From the NCBI GenBank assembly GCA_036267775.1, contig DATAVM010000108.1:5845-69844 (forward strand): a DNA stretch of 64,000 nt, written 5' to 3'. This stretch comes from Gemmatimonadales bacterium (GTDB lineage Bacteria > Gemmatimonadota > Gemmatimonadetes > Gemmatimonadales > GWC2-71-9). The notes under the pieces were generated by a model. That model was given only the letters and a program-made list of their open reading frames with translations. It was not told where the DNA came from and ran no database searches. The stretch's first letter is position 1; each line of letters opens with the position of its first letter. Both the position numbers and the translations under genes were made by a program. Below, piece by piece: positions 54,320 to 63,360 of this stretch.

Positions 54320-55692
54320 CGACCACCGCCACGCACCAGCGCGGTGATTGCACGGTCCAGTTGGCGCTGCTGCGCCTTCCCCCAGCGTCGGCCCCGTGCG
54401 ATCCCTTGGCGAAGCGCTGCGATCGGCAGGTTGCCCATGTTGCCAGCACCGGCCCGTGCGCTGATGATCGCGGCCGCGCTGCGCCGGGGAATGGCCTCAC
54501 CGTGCTTGAGGCGTTCGGCCGCTTCGCGGTAGGCCTGACGAAACGGCACGCCATCGGCCACACGCGCCATGACCGCGTCGGTGGCCAGGCTCTCGCCCTG
54601 CACGGCGTTGAGTCCCCGCTCGGCGTCCACGCCAAGCTGGGGCACCGCGGTCGTGAGCATGCCGAGCATCTCGCGCGTCCGGTCAAGTCCGCGAAACAGC
54701 GGCGCCTTGAGGAACTGGAAGTCGCGATGATAGCCGCTGGTGAGCCGACCCCGCACCGCCAGCAGCGCGGCAAAATCGCCCTCGAGTGCTGCAGCGCGCG
54801 CGCGGGTGAGCTCAAAGAGATCGGGGTTCCGCTTGTGCGGCATGATGCTCGATCCCGTGGCGAGCGTGCGCGGCAAGGTCAGCCAGCCGAACTCGCTCGA
54901 CGAGAAGAGCATCACATCCGCCGCAAGCTTGGCGCAGTGGTGCGCCGCTTCAATGCACCAGAAGAGAATGGCAGCCTCGAGCTGGCCGCGGCCGTTTTGC
55001 GTCAACGTCACGGGCTCGTCGATGCCGCCAAAACCCAGCGCGCGTGCGGCGGCCGTGCGATCGAGCGGCAGGGGGACGCCATAGCCAGCGGCACCTCCCA
55101 GCGGCGAGCGGTCGAGCCGCGGCCAGAAACCGGCGATCGCATCGGCCGCATCGACAAGGCCCGCCGCGAACGCGCTCGCCCAGAGCCCCGCGGACGACGG
55201 CATTGCCGCGCGCTGATGCGTGTAGCCGGGCCACACCGCGCGCCGGTTTGCCGCCGCGAATGCCACGAGTACCCCGGCGAGATCGAGCATGCCACCGTGC
55301 AAGCGGAGCGTCTCATCCTTGAGATAGAGCCGCAGATCAGTTGCCACCTGATCGTTCCGCGAACGTCCGGTATGCACAACTTCACCCACGCCGTTCGCGT
55401 GACGCGTCAGCCAGAGTTCCACCGCGCTGTGCACATCTTCATGTTCGGCGCCAATCCTGAGTTCGCCCGCGTCGGCCGCGACGAGCGCGTGCCGGAGTGC
55501 CCGCCGCAAGCGGCTGTGCTGCGCGGTCGTGATCACACGACTCTTTGCCAGCCCCGCGACATGTCCCAGCGAGCCGATGATATCCCACCGGATCAGCCTC
55601 CGATCCACCTCGCGGTCATCGGCCACGGTGTACGCCATCATCTGCGGATCCGGTGCGGCCGATTGCGACCAGAGCGTTTCTGCGCGCTTCAT
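54316..55692 (-). CDS. argH: Argininosuccinate lyase
   Basis: TGRSRNDQVATD and the fumarate-lyase signature GSSIMPHKRNPD. 458 aa. Confidence 0.95.
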   Translation of the reverse strand: MKRAETLWSQSAAPDPQMMAYTVADDREVDRRLIRWDIIGSLGHVAGLAKSRVITTAQHSRLRRALRHALVAADAGELRIGAEHEDVHSAVELWLTRHANGVGEVVHTGRSRNDQVATDLRLYLKDETLRLHGGMLDLAGVLVAFAAANRRAVWPGYTHQRAAMPSSAGLWASAFAAGLVDAADAIAGFWPRLDRSPLGGAAGYGVPLPLDRTAAARALGFGGIDEPVTLTQNGRGQLEAAILFWCIEAAHHCAKLAADVMLFSSSEFGWLTLPRTLATGSSIMPHKRNPDLFELTRARAAALEGDFAALLAVRGRLTSGYHRDFQFLKAPLFRGLDRTREMLGMLTTAVPQLGVDAERGLNAVQGESLATDAVMARVADGVPFRQAYREAAERLKHGEAIPRRSAAAIISARAGAGNMGNLPIAALRQGIARGRRWGKAQQRQLDRAITALVRGGGR

Positions 55693-56762
55693 GCGAGATA
55701 CTCCTCTGCCACACGGGCGTAGAAGGCGCGGGCCGCCGTCACCTCGGAGAGGTTCACTGATTCATCGGGTGTGTGCGACCGACGAGACGTGCCGGGGCCG
55801 ACCTTGATGGCATCGAGGTGACGGAGAAAGCACCAGTCCGAACAGGTTGGCGATCCATACGTCGCGGCCGTCGGCGCCACGCGGCGCGCGGCAGACAGCA
55901 ACCGCGAATCGGCAGGTGTCTGGCACGGCACCAGCCGCTGGGATGTCACCACCACGTCGCTTGCGAGCTCGCGCGCGAGCAGCACCGCGAGTTCTTCGTG
56001 CGTCCAGTCCGGCGTGGATCGCACGTCGAGCACGGCCTTGGCCACGGGTGGTGTGACGTTGCGTGAGACACCCGCCTCGAGCATGGTCGCGGTGACCGTG
56101 GTCGTGCCAAGCAGGGGATGAACGCGTGCGCTGGCAATACCGTCGAGGCGCAACAGATCGCGTGCGAGGTTGACGACGGCGTTGCCGGTGGTCGTTGTGG
56201 CGGCGTAGCCCGCATGATGCTGCTCGCCGTGGGCGATGAGATCGACCATCATCAGCCCACGCTGCGCAATGGCGAGCGCAAGGTTCGTCGGCTCACCCAC
56301 GATGGCCGCGTCGACATGGCCAGCGCGCGCGATCGCCGCCGGCATCGTGGCGTTGCGCGTCTCTTCACCAAAGGAGAAGATCGCCAGTGCGCGGCCCCGG
56401 GACGGTCCGCCCTTGGCCGCGATATCGCCCAGCGCGCAGAGCATGGCACTCACGGAAGCCTTGGCGTCACCCGATCCGCGGCCAAAGAGCAGGTCGCCTT
56501 CGATCACGGGCACAAACGGATCGCGCGTCCAGCCGGCGCCCGGAGGCACGACATCGAGATGCGACGCAAACGCAATCGTCGGGCCGGATTGCTCATCGCC
56601 GACGCTTGCACGCACGCTGGTTTCGTCGCGCACGACGTCGAGGCCCAAGCTTCGCGCCCGGGCTTCGACCAGTTCCGCCGCGGCCGCCTCATCGCCGCTG
56701 ATTGACGGTGTCGCGACCAGCTCGCTCAGCAGCGCGACCTCAGCCGGCCAGGTCGACGCCAA
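55689..56762 (-). CDS. argE: M20-family deacylase (ArgE-like; acetylornithine/acetylcitrulline deacetylase candidate)
   Basis: VATPSISGDE ... FASHLDVVP ... GRGSGDAKAS ... FGEE, the M20 metal-binding pattern. It sits in the arg operon and overlaps the argB stop by 23 nt. Confidence 0.75.
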   Translation of the reverse strand: MASTWPAEVALLSELVATPSISGDEAAAAELVEARARSLGLDVVRDETSVRASVGDEQSGPTIAFASHLDVVPPGAGWTRDPFVPVIEGDLLFGRGSGDAKASVSAMLCALGDIAAKGGPSRGRALAIFSFGEETRNATMPAAIARAGHVDAAIVGEPTNLALAIAQRGLMMVDLIAHGEQHHAGYAATTTTGNAVVNLARDLLRLDGIASARVHPLLGTTTVTATMLEAGVSRNVTPPVAKAVLDVRSTPDWTHEELAVLLARELASDVVVTSQRLVPCQTPADSRLLSAARRVAPTAATYGSPTCSDWCFLRHLDAIKVGPGTSRRSHTPDESVNLSEVTAARAFYARVAEEYLA

Positions 56763-57702
56763 TGTAGGTTGCCTTCTCCTTCCGTCCCACGATCATCGTG
56801 CCGCAGCCCGCACCGGTAAAGACTTCCAGGAGAAGCGCATCGGGCACACGCCCGTCGATGATGTGCGTGCGTTCCACGCCGCCCGTGGCCGCGCGAATGC
56901 ATGCTTCCACTTTGGGCCGCATGCCGCCCGCGAGCGCACCGCTCGCCATCAGCTCGGCCAGATCGTCGGGATCGGCAAAGGTGACCAGCGTCGCCGGGTC
57001 GTTCCTGTCGCGCAGCACGCCTGGCGCGCCGGTCAGAAAGATCAGCTTCTGGGCACCCAGCGAAATTGCGATCGACTCGGCGATCGTATCAGCGTTGACG
57101 TTGTAGACATTGCCGTCGGCGTCGCCCGCGAGAGAAGACACCACCGGCACATAGCGCGCGTCCATCAAGGCCTTGAGTACGTGCGGATTGACGTGGTCGA
57201 TGTCGCCGACGTGACCATAGTCCACCACGCGTTCCCTGCCGGCGTCGTCGACCAGCCGCACCGGCGGCCGGCGATGCGCCTGCAGGAGGTCGCCATCGAC
57301 GCCCGAAACGCCGGTGGCCAGAACACCGTTGCGGTGCAGCGCAGAGACCAGTTCGGTGTTGAGCAGCCCGCGGTAGACCATGATCGTCACCTCGAGCGCG
57401 GCATCGTCCGTCACCCGGCGGCCGTTGACCATTTCCGGCTCGAGCCCCAGCCGGCGCGAAAGTGCCGTGGCTTGCGGTCCGCCGCCGTGCACCACCACCA
57501 GGCGAATCGACAGCGACGCGAGCAGCGCGATCTGCGCGGCGACCTGATCGAGCGTGTGCCGGTCGGATAGCACTTCGCCGCCGAGCTTGACGACAAAGAC
57601 GTGATCACGATAGGCGCGCACGTAGCGGAGCGCGCCCTTGAGCCCGGCGATCCCGCGCGATGTGTCGAGCGCCAGGCGCTGATCCATATCCGTTTCCCGC
57701 AT
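56740..57702 (-). CDS. argB: Acetylglutamate kinase
   Basis: FVVKLGGEVLSD ... VVVHGGGPQ ... NVNADT. 320 aa, too short to carry a fused N-acetyltransferase domain. Confidence 0.9.
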   Translation of the reverse strand: MRETDMDQRLALDTSRGIAGLKGALRYVRAYRDHVFVVKLGGEVLSDRHTLDQVAAQIALLASLSIRLVVVHGGGPQATALSRRLGLEPEMVNGRRVTDDAALEVTIMVYRGLLNTELVSALHRNGVLATGVSGVDGDLLQAHRRPPVRLVDDAGRERVVDYGHVGDIDHVNPHVLKALMDARYVPVVSSLAGDADGNVYNVNADTIAESIAISLGAQKLIFLTGAPGVLRDRNDPATLVTFADPDDLAELMASGALAGGMRPKVEACIRAATGGVERTHIIDGRVPDALLLEVFTGAGCGTMIVGRKEKATYIGVDLAG

Positions 57703-57705
57703 GGA

Positions 57706-58722
57706 CTACCTCACCGTTCCAATCAGTTCAAGGAGCAGCGCACGCTGCGCGTGCAGCCGGTTTTCCGCTTCGTCGATCACTGCGCTCTGCGGGCCATCGA
57801 GTACCTCGCCATCGATCTCGACGTTGCGACGTACCGGGAGACAGTGCATTGCAAAGCCGTTGCCGCCAGCGGTGCGACGCATCCGCTCGGCAGTCAGACG
57901 CCAGTCGCGCTTGCCATCGCGCAGCGTGCGTTCACCTTCGATGTTGCCAAAGTACGACAGCGCTCCCCACGACTTGGCATAGACCGCGTGCGCGCCGTCG
58001 ATCGCGCCATCCAGATCGTCGGTCACGGTGAGCGAGCCGCCGCGCGACGCGGCGAGCGTTTCGACGGCACGATAGTCGTCGGGATCGAGGTCGTAGCCGG
58101 CGGGCCTGGCGATGGTCACCTGCATGCCAAGGTGGGCCGCCGCAATCGCCGCGCTCGCCGGAACCGCCGTGGGAAGCGGCTTGGGATGCCACGCCCACAT
58201 CAGCACAAAGCGCTTGCCCGCGGTGTCGCCCAGGCGTTCCTGCAGCGTCATCGCATCGGCCAGGCCCTGGCACGGATGGCGGCGCGACGATTCGAGATTG
58301 ATCACGGGCTTGTCGCTGTAGCGTGCAAAGTTGCGAATGGTGGGGTCGAGCCGCTCGACCGCCCAGTCCGTGCCTTTGGGGAAGATGCGCACCGCAAGCG
58401 CGTCGGCATAGCGCGCCAGTACACGCGCGGCCTCGATGATGTGCTCGACGGTGCTGCCGTCCATCGTCACGTCGAGATCGGTCTCGAGTGCCCAGCTTCC
58501 CTTGCCCGGCTCCAACGACAGTGCATGGCCGCCGTGCAGAAACATGGCGGTCTCCATCGACGCGCGGGTGCGGAGCGACGGATCCATGAACACCATCGCG
58601 AGCACTTTCCTGGTGAGGCCGCCGGTGATCTCGCCACGCTTGCATGCCTGGGCCAGCGCCAGCAGATGGTCGATCGCGTCGGGCGACCAGTCTTCCATCG
58701 CCAGATAATCGCGTTTGGTCAT
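57706..58722 (-). CDS. argF': N-acetylornithine (acyl-ornithine) carbamoyltransferase-type transcarbamylase
   Basis: SLRTRASME, RRHPCQGLAD, HCLPVRRNV. In place of the ornithine-binding DxxxSMG motif of OTCases it has VYAKSWGAL, plus IDEAENRLHAQRA. These match my recollection of Xanthomonas AOTCase. Confidence 0.75.
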   Translation of the reverse strand: MTKRDYLAMEDWSPDAIDHLLALAQACKRGEITGGLTRKVLAMVFMDPSLRTRASMETAMFLHGGHALSLEPGKGSWALETDLDVTMDGSTVEHIIEAARVLARYADALAVRIFPKGTDWAVERLDPTIRNFARYSDKPVINLESSRRHPCQGLADAMTLQERLGDTAGKRFVLMWAWHPKPLPTAVPASAAIAAAHLGMQVTIARPAGYDLDPDDYRAVETLAASRGGSLTVTDDLDGAIDGAHAVYAKSWGALSYFGNIEGERTLRDGKRDWRLTAERMRRTAGGNGFAMHCLPVRRNVEIDGEVLDGPQSAVIDEAENRLHAQRALLLELIGTVR

Positions 58723-59879
58723 GCGAGCACCGCGGTGAGGCTCTTCAGCAGCAGTGCGGCTTCTTCCGTGGCAAACGACAGCGGCGGCAACAGTCGCAAC
58801 GTGCGCGGATCAGTGGCGGTGCCGGTGAGGACGCGATGCTGCCAGAGTGCTTTCTGCACCTCGGCCGCAGGCATGTCGAGCTCGAGTCCCAGCAGAAAGC
58901 CCTTGCCATGCACCTGCACGACATGCGGCAGGCGCGCGGCTTGGGCTGCGATCATCGCACTCACCCGATTGACGTTGGCGAGCAGATCTTCCCGCTCGAT
59001 CACGGCGATATTGGCGAGTGCTGCCGCACAAGGAACGGGTCCGCCGCCAAAGGTCGATCCCAGGTCTCCCACAGCGATGTCATCGACCAGCGACGGTACC
59101 GCCAGCACAGCGCCAATCGGCAGGCCGGCCGCGAGTCCCTTGGCCATCGCGATGGCGTCGGGAACGACACCGAAGGTTTCGGCGGCGGTGAAGGTGCCCA
59201 GCCGGCCGGTACCGCACTGCACCTCATCAAAGAGCAGTTTGGCGCCCCATTGATCGCACAACGCGCGGGCGGCTTGCAGGAATTCGACCGTCGCCGTGCG
59301 GGCACCGGCGAATCCCTGAACCGGCTCCAGCAGCACGGCGGCAACGCTGTCGTCGACGGCGGCAGTGAGTGCGGCGATGTCATTGAACGGAACCTTGCGC
59401 GACAGCGGCACGCCCGCGCGCCTGGCGCCGGCCTCATAGCGTGCGCCGTCGGTGCAGGCAAGCGTTGCCGCGGTGCGCCCGTGCCAGCCGCCACGCATGC
59501 TCACGATCGTGGTGCGCCCGGTCTTCCGCCGCGCCAGGCCAATCTGATTTTCATTGGCCTCAGCGCCGGAATTGCAGAAAAACACCTGGCCCAGTGGATC
59601 GGGTGCGAGCGACGCGAGTTTCTCCGCGAGTTCCTCGCGTCCGGCGTGCGGCACCGCGGTGGAATAGAAGATGAGCTTGGCCGCCTGTTCACTGATGGCG
59701 CGCACCACGTCAGGATGGGAGTGGCCCGAGCTCGCGACCGCGTGGCCGCCATACGCGTCGAGCCATTCGTGGCCGTCTTCGTCCACCAGCCACGAGCCGT
59801 GGCCCGCGACGGCACGCAGCGGAAAGGTCGCATAGACCGGCAGCAGCGCCGGTCGCTCGGTCGTCGGTTCTGTCAGCAT
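58719..59879 (-). CDS. argD: Acetylornithine aminotransferase (class III PLP aminotransferase)
   Basis: WLDAYGGHAVASSGHSHP ... FCNSGAEANE ... LLFDEVQCGTGRLG ... PDAIAMAKGLAAGLP. Confidence 0.9.
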   Translation of the reverse strand: MLTEPTTERPALLPVYATFPLRAVAGHGSWLVDEDGHEWLDAYGGHAVASSGHSHPDVVRAISEQAAKLIFYSTAVPHAGREELAEKLASLAPDPLGQVFFCNSGAEANENQIGLARRKTGRTTIVSMRGGWHGRTAATLACTDGARYEAGARRAGVPLSRKVPFNDIAALTAAVDDSVAAVLLEPVQGFAGARTATVEFLQAARALCDQWGAKLLFDEVQCGTGRLGTFTAAETFGVVPDAIAMAKGLAAGLPIGAVLAVPSLVDDIAVGDLGSTFGGGPVPCAAALANIAVIEREDLLANVNRVSAMIAAQAARLPHVVQVHGKGFLLGLELDMPAAEVQKALWQHRVLTGTATDPRTLRLLPPLSFATEEAALLLKSLTAVLA

Positions 59880-60898
59880 GGAAAGGGCGCCGCGGCAAGG
59901 AGTCCGGCGCGCTCATCCAGGCCCAGAGCGAGGTTCATCGCCTGAATGGCCTGTCCGCCTGCGCCCTTCACGAGATTGTCGATAGTGCACATGATCTGAA
60001 CCTCCCGACCGTCCGGAGAAGCCATCGCGCTGATCAGCGCCATGTTGGTACCGACGGCGTGCGTCAGCTCCGGCGGCGTATCGAGAATGCGGACAAAAGG
60101 ACGGCCCGCGAAGCGTGCGGCGGCGTGTGCGCCGATGTCGCTCACGGGCTCTGCAAGCGTTGCGTGCAACGTCGCGTAGATGCCGCGGACAAAGGGTCCC
60201 GAGTGACACATCAGCCGAGCCTGCGCGGCGGGGTCGTTGCGCCATGTGCGCCACTGTTCGAGCACTTCGCCTTCGTGGCGGTGTCCCATCACACTGTAGG
60301 CGAACATGTTGTGCGCCCGCGCTGGATGATGTGTCGACGCTTTCGGCTTCTGTCCCGCACCGCTCGAGCCCGTCACGGCAAAGATCGCCGGCGCGGCGGC
60401 AAGCGGCAGATCGGCAATGGTATACAGCGCCAGTTGCGCCGCTGTCGCAAAGCAGCCCGGAGCGGCAATGGCCGTGGCGCCGCGCAGCTCCGTACCGAGC
60501 ACGTCGGCCAGGCCGTAGCGGAAGCGATGGACGAGCGCTGGCGCCGTATGGGCACCATAGTAGCGTTCGTGCAATCGGCCGTCATGAATGCGGAAATCCG
60601 CCGCAATGTCGACGATCAACCCCGGACCGGCGTCGATAACAGTGCCCATCAGCTCGGTGGACTCGCCGTGTTCCAGCGACAGGAAGACGACGTCCTTGCC
60701 CCGCGCCACTTCTGCCGGGGCATGCGCCGCAAACCGGGCATCGGTGAGCAACGCGAGAGCTGGATGCACCGAAGCAATCGGCTTGCCGGCTTGCGAACGC
60801 GATGTCACCGTCACTTCCGTGGCGGACGGATGCTGCAGCATCAACCGCAGCAACTCGCCGCCGGCGTAACCGGCGCCGCCAATCACAGCGACCTTCAT
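59873..60898 (-). CDS. argC: N-acetyl-gamma-glutamyl-phosphate reductase
   Basis: The ATG at 60898 gives MKVAVIGGAGYAGGELLRLM. The active-site Cys is in IAAPGCFATAAQLAL. ATGA overlap with the upstream gene. Confidence 0.9.
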   Translation of the reverse strand: MKVAVIGGAGYAGGELLRLMLQHPSATEVTVTSRSQAGKPIASVHPALALLTDARFAAHAPAEVARGKDVVFLSLEHGESTELMGTVIDAGPGLIVDIAADFRIHDGRLHERYYGAHTAPALVHRFRYGLADVLGTELRGATAIAAPGCFATAAQLALYTIADLPLAAAPAIFAVTGSSGAGQKPKASTHHPARAHNMFAYSVMGHRHEGEVLEQWRTWRNDPAAQARLMCHSGPFVRGIYATLHATLAEPVSDIGAHAAARFAGRPFVRILDTPPELTHAVGTNMALISAMASPDGREVQIMCTIDNLVKGAGGQAIQAMNLALGLDERAGLLAAAPFPC

Positions 60899-61980
60899 GC
60901 GGCCGCCCGCGCAGCGCGCCACGCGTCGAGTGCGTGCTGCACGCGGCCGAGCAGGCCGGCCGCATCACGCAACGCATTGTGGGCAGGGAGCTGCAGCTCG
61001 GCGGCGACATAGTTGCGGCCGACTTCGTTGTCCGTGGCCGGCCCCGTAAAGACCGTGATCGGCAGCCCGAATTGATGCGCCATCACTTCGCGAGCACCCC
61101 AGCAGCCCACCGGATCGGGCGCGGCCATCACGAACGCCGCGCCAAGGCGCATCAGATCCGGCGCCCGCAGAATGTCCTGCACTCCGTATTCGCCCAGGAT
61201 GCCGTCGCCCAACTCGGCGACGATCACGTCGGGCTTGGCGCCGCGAGGATCGGCCAGGCGGTTGAAGAGTCCGCGCGCCACCGGTACGGTCATTCCCGCG
61301 TGTGTGCTTGCGATGCCGGCATCGTTGAAGGTGAGTGCTGCCACGGCACCCGCGTCCTGCATCGACAACGCGTCACGCATGAGCGAGACACCCGTGAGCT
61401 TGACCGCGCCCACGCGATGTCCCGCGCGTGCAAGGCCACGCACCAGCTCGGTCGCGGCTACCGTCTTCCCGGCGTTCATGCAGGTGCCCGCCACATAGAT
61501 CACCGGGACATCGCAGGTGAGCGTGTCCGCAGTGGGCACGGCGTGATCGCGAATGTGCGCCGGGTGCCCGATGCGATCGCCGAGCTCGGGAAATGCCAGC
61601 ACGGCGCCGAGCACTTCGGCCTTGAATGGCGGGCCGATGTCGGGATTGGCCGACGTGCAGCGGCCGAGAATGCCACCAAGATTGAGCACTTCGATCGTAT
61701 CGCCCGCGGCGATCGAGGTCGGCACGTCACCCGCGTAGCCGCGGAGTGCGCGACGCACGCCGAGTGTGCCGGCCAGCACATCGCCGGCGCGGAGACTCAC
61801 CATGCGGCCGGCCACATCTTCCACTGTGTTGTACGTGCTCTTGTCCGTGAGAATGCGTACGGCCAGCACATATCCCTCGGCCGCAATGATCTCGTCACCC
61901 ACGATCACCTCGTTCGCGAGCGCGGCATTGCGCGTGGACGACGCGATGCGGTCGAGCCGAACGCGTGTGGTGAGCACCAT
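60895..61980 (-). CDS. Uncharacterised protein: N-terminal beta-rich domain plus BioD/CobQ/DUF1611_C-like P-loop domain
   Basis: 361 aa. The ATG abuts the argG stop (TAGATG) and the stop overlaps the argC start. P-loop VIYVAGTCMNAGKTVAATELVRGLARAGHRVGAVKLTG, then a Walker-B-like DVIVAELGDGILGEYG. GC3-rich codon usage. Confidence 0.7.
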   Translation of the reverse strand: MVLTTRVRLDRIASSTRNAALANEVIVGDEIIAAEGYVLAVRILTDKSTYNTVEDVAGRMVSLRAGDVLAGTLGVRRALRGYAGDVPTSIAAGDTIEVLNLGGILGRCTSANPDIGPPFKAEVLGAVLAFPELGDRIGHPAHIRDHAVPTADTLTCDVPVIYVAGTCMNAGKTVAATELVRGLARAGHRVGAVKLTGVSLMRDALSMQDAGAVAALTFNDAGIASTHAGMTVPVARGLFNRLADPRGAKPDVIVAELGDGILGEYGVQDILRAPDLMRLGAAFVMAAPDPVGCWGAREVMAHQFGLPITVFTGPATDNEVGRNYVAAELQLPAHNALRDAAGLLGRVQHALDAWRAARAAA

Positions 61981-63186
61981 CTAGCGTTCCATTCCCTCGG
62001 CCCGCGCCGCCGCGCGCACCGCCAGCAGCTCGGGAATTGCGCCCACGCGTGCAAAGGCCTTCGATTCCTCGCCGGTCCAGAGACGATTCTCTTCGCCGTA
62101 GGTGGCGACCGCGGTGTCCATCATTGAATAGGGTGAGCGCGCGCCGGTTACCAGGAAGCGACCGGCCCCAAGGTGTACGCGTGTCTCGCCGGTCACCTTG
62201 CGTTGCGACGACGTCACCATCGCTTCGATGTCCCGGAGTGCCGGATCGAAATAGTGGCCTTCGTGCAGGCGATCGCCGTAGAAACGCCCAAGCTGGTCTT
62301 TCCAGAACGTCTGCCACTTGGTCAGGACGAGCTTCTCGAGCTCGCGATGCGCGGCAATGAGAATCAGCGCACTGCCAGCCTCGAAGCCCACGCGGCCCTT
62401 GATGCCCAGCGCGGTTTCGCCCACATGGATGCCGTGACCAATGCCATAGGTCGCGGCGCGGGCGCTCAAGGCGTCGACGAGCTCATGGCCCGCCATCGCG
62501 ACACCGTCGAGCGCGGTCGGTGTGCCGTTTTCCCAGGCGATGATTACGTCGGCGGGTGCGGGAGCATTTGCCGGTGGATCGAGTAAGTCGGCTGGCGGCC
62601 CGGCCCAGGTATCGTGCGTCCAGCCACCGCCCCAGGTGGTGCCCCAGAGACCGCGGTTGATCGAGAACGCGCCCGACTTGGGCGGCACCGGCAGACCGCG
62701 CGCCGTGAGATAGGCAATCGACTCGTCGCGCGAGAGCGACTCCTCGCGGATCGGCGTGACGATGTCCAACTCAGGCGCCAGCACGCGGAAGGCGATGTCA
62801 AAGCGGATCTGGTCGTTGCCGGCACCGGTAGAACCATGGGCTACAGCGGTCGCGCCGATGGTCCGCGCCACGTCGATCACCGAGATCGCTTGCTGTGTCC
62901 GTTCGGCCGCGACCGAGAGCGGATAGACCTCGCCGCGGAGGACGTTGCCCTGGATCAGGAAGCGGACAAAGCGGTCGAAGACAGATTGGCGGGCGTCGAC
63001 CTCATGGTGCTCCAGAGCGCCGACGGCGAGTGCCTGGGCACGGATCGCCGCGCGCTGCTCAGTGTCGGTGCCGCCGGTATTGACGAAGACCGTGTGGACG
63101 ACAAAGCCCCGCTCGGCCAACCGGGGCACGCAGAAGGAGGTGTCGAGTCCGCCGGAGAAGGCGAGGGCGATGACTGGTTTGTGCAT
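61981..63186 (-). CDS. argG: Argininosuccinate synthase
   Basis: MHKPVIALAFSGGLDTSF (the PP-loop SGGLDTS) ... AHGSTGAGNDQIRF. 401 aa. Confidence 0.95.
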   Translation of the reverse strand: MHKPVIALAFSGGLDTSFCVPRLAERGFVVHTVFVNTGGTDTEQRAAIRAQALAVGALEHHEVDARQSVFDRFVRFLIQGNVLRGEVYPLSVAAERTQQAISVIDVARTIGATAVAHGSTGAGNDQIRFDIAFRVLAPELDIVTPIREESLSRDESIAYLTARGLPVPPKSGAFSINRGLWGTTWGGGWTHDTWAGPPADLLDPPANAPAPADVIIAWENGTPTALDGVAMAGHELVDALSARAATYGIGHGIHVGETALGIKGRVGFEAGSALILIAAHRELEKLVLTKWQTFWKDQLGRFYGDRLHEGHYFDPALRDIEAMVTSSQRKVTGETRVHLGAGRFLVTGARSPYSMMDTAVATYGEENRLWTGEESKAFARVGAIPELLAVRAAARAEGMER

Positions 63187-63202
63187 AATGCATAATTATG
63201 TA
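63182..63202 (-). promoter_or_regulatory. Candidate ARG box(es)/promoter abutting the argG start codon
   Basis: TGCATAA-TGCATAATTATGTA is an AT-rich island in GC-rich DNA. It holds a perfect 10-bp palindrome CATAATTATG (63191-63200). The 14-mer matches 11/14 of the E. coli ARG-box core TGAATAATTATTCA as I recall it. On the coding strand, CATAAT lies at -14 to -9 relative to the ATG. Confidence 0.5.
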
Positions 63203-63330
63203 GCTACGGCGCCACGGCGCAATGGTGTAGATTGTAACGGTTATGTGGCCTGCGGTGCGGTATCAGGGCTGTGCTCCAATGCATATTGGATAATCTGCAG
63301 GCCTGCCATCCGCTGGAAACTGACCTGAGA

Positions 63331-63360
63331 CCTGAGGCGCGAGACCTCAGGCCTTTTTTT
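63331..63360 (+). terminator. Rho-independent terminator on the + strand with no upstream + strand gene
   Basis: CCTGAGG-cgcgaga-CCTCAGG, then CC and TTTTTTT (63354-63360). The reverse strand has no U-tract after the hairpin. Confidence 0.55.

Noticed and set aside
63289-63330. GGATAAT, ACCTGA and CTGAGA strings reminiscent of TPP-riboswitch blocks, ahead of the orphan terminator.
   Set aside because: The blocks are in the wrong order relative to the THI-box consensus, and the GGGG/ACCC pairing elements are missing.
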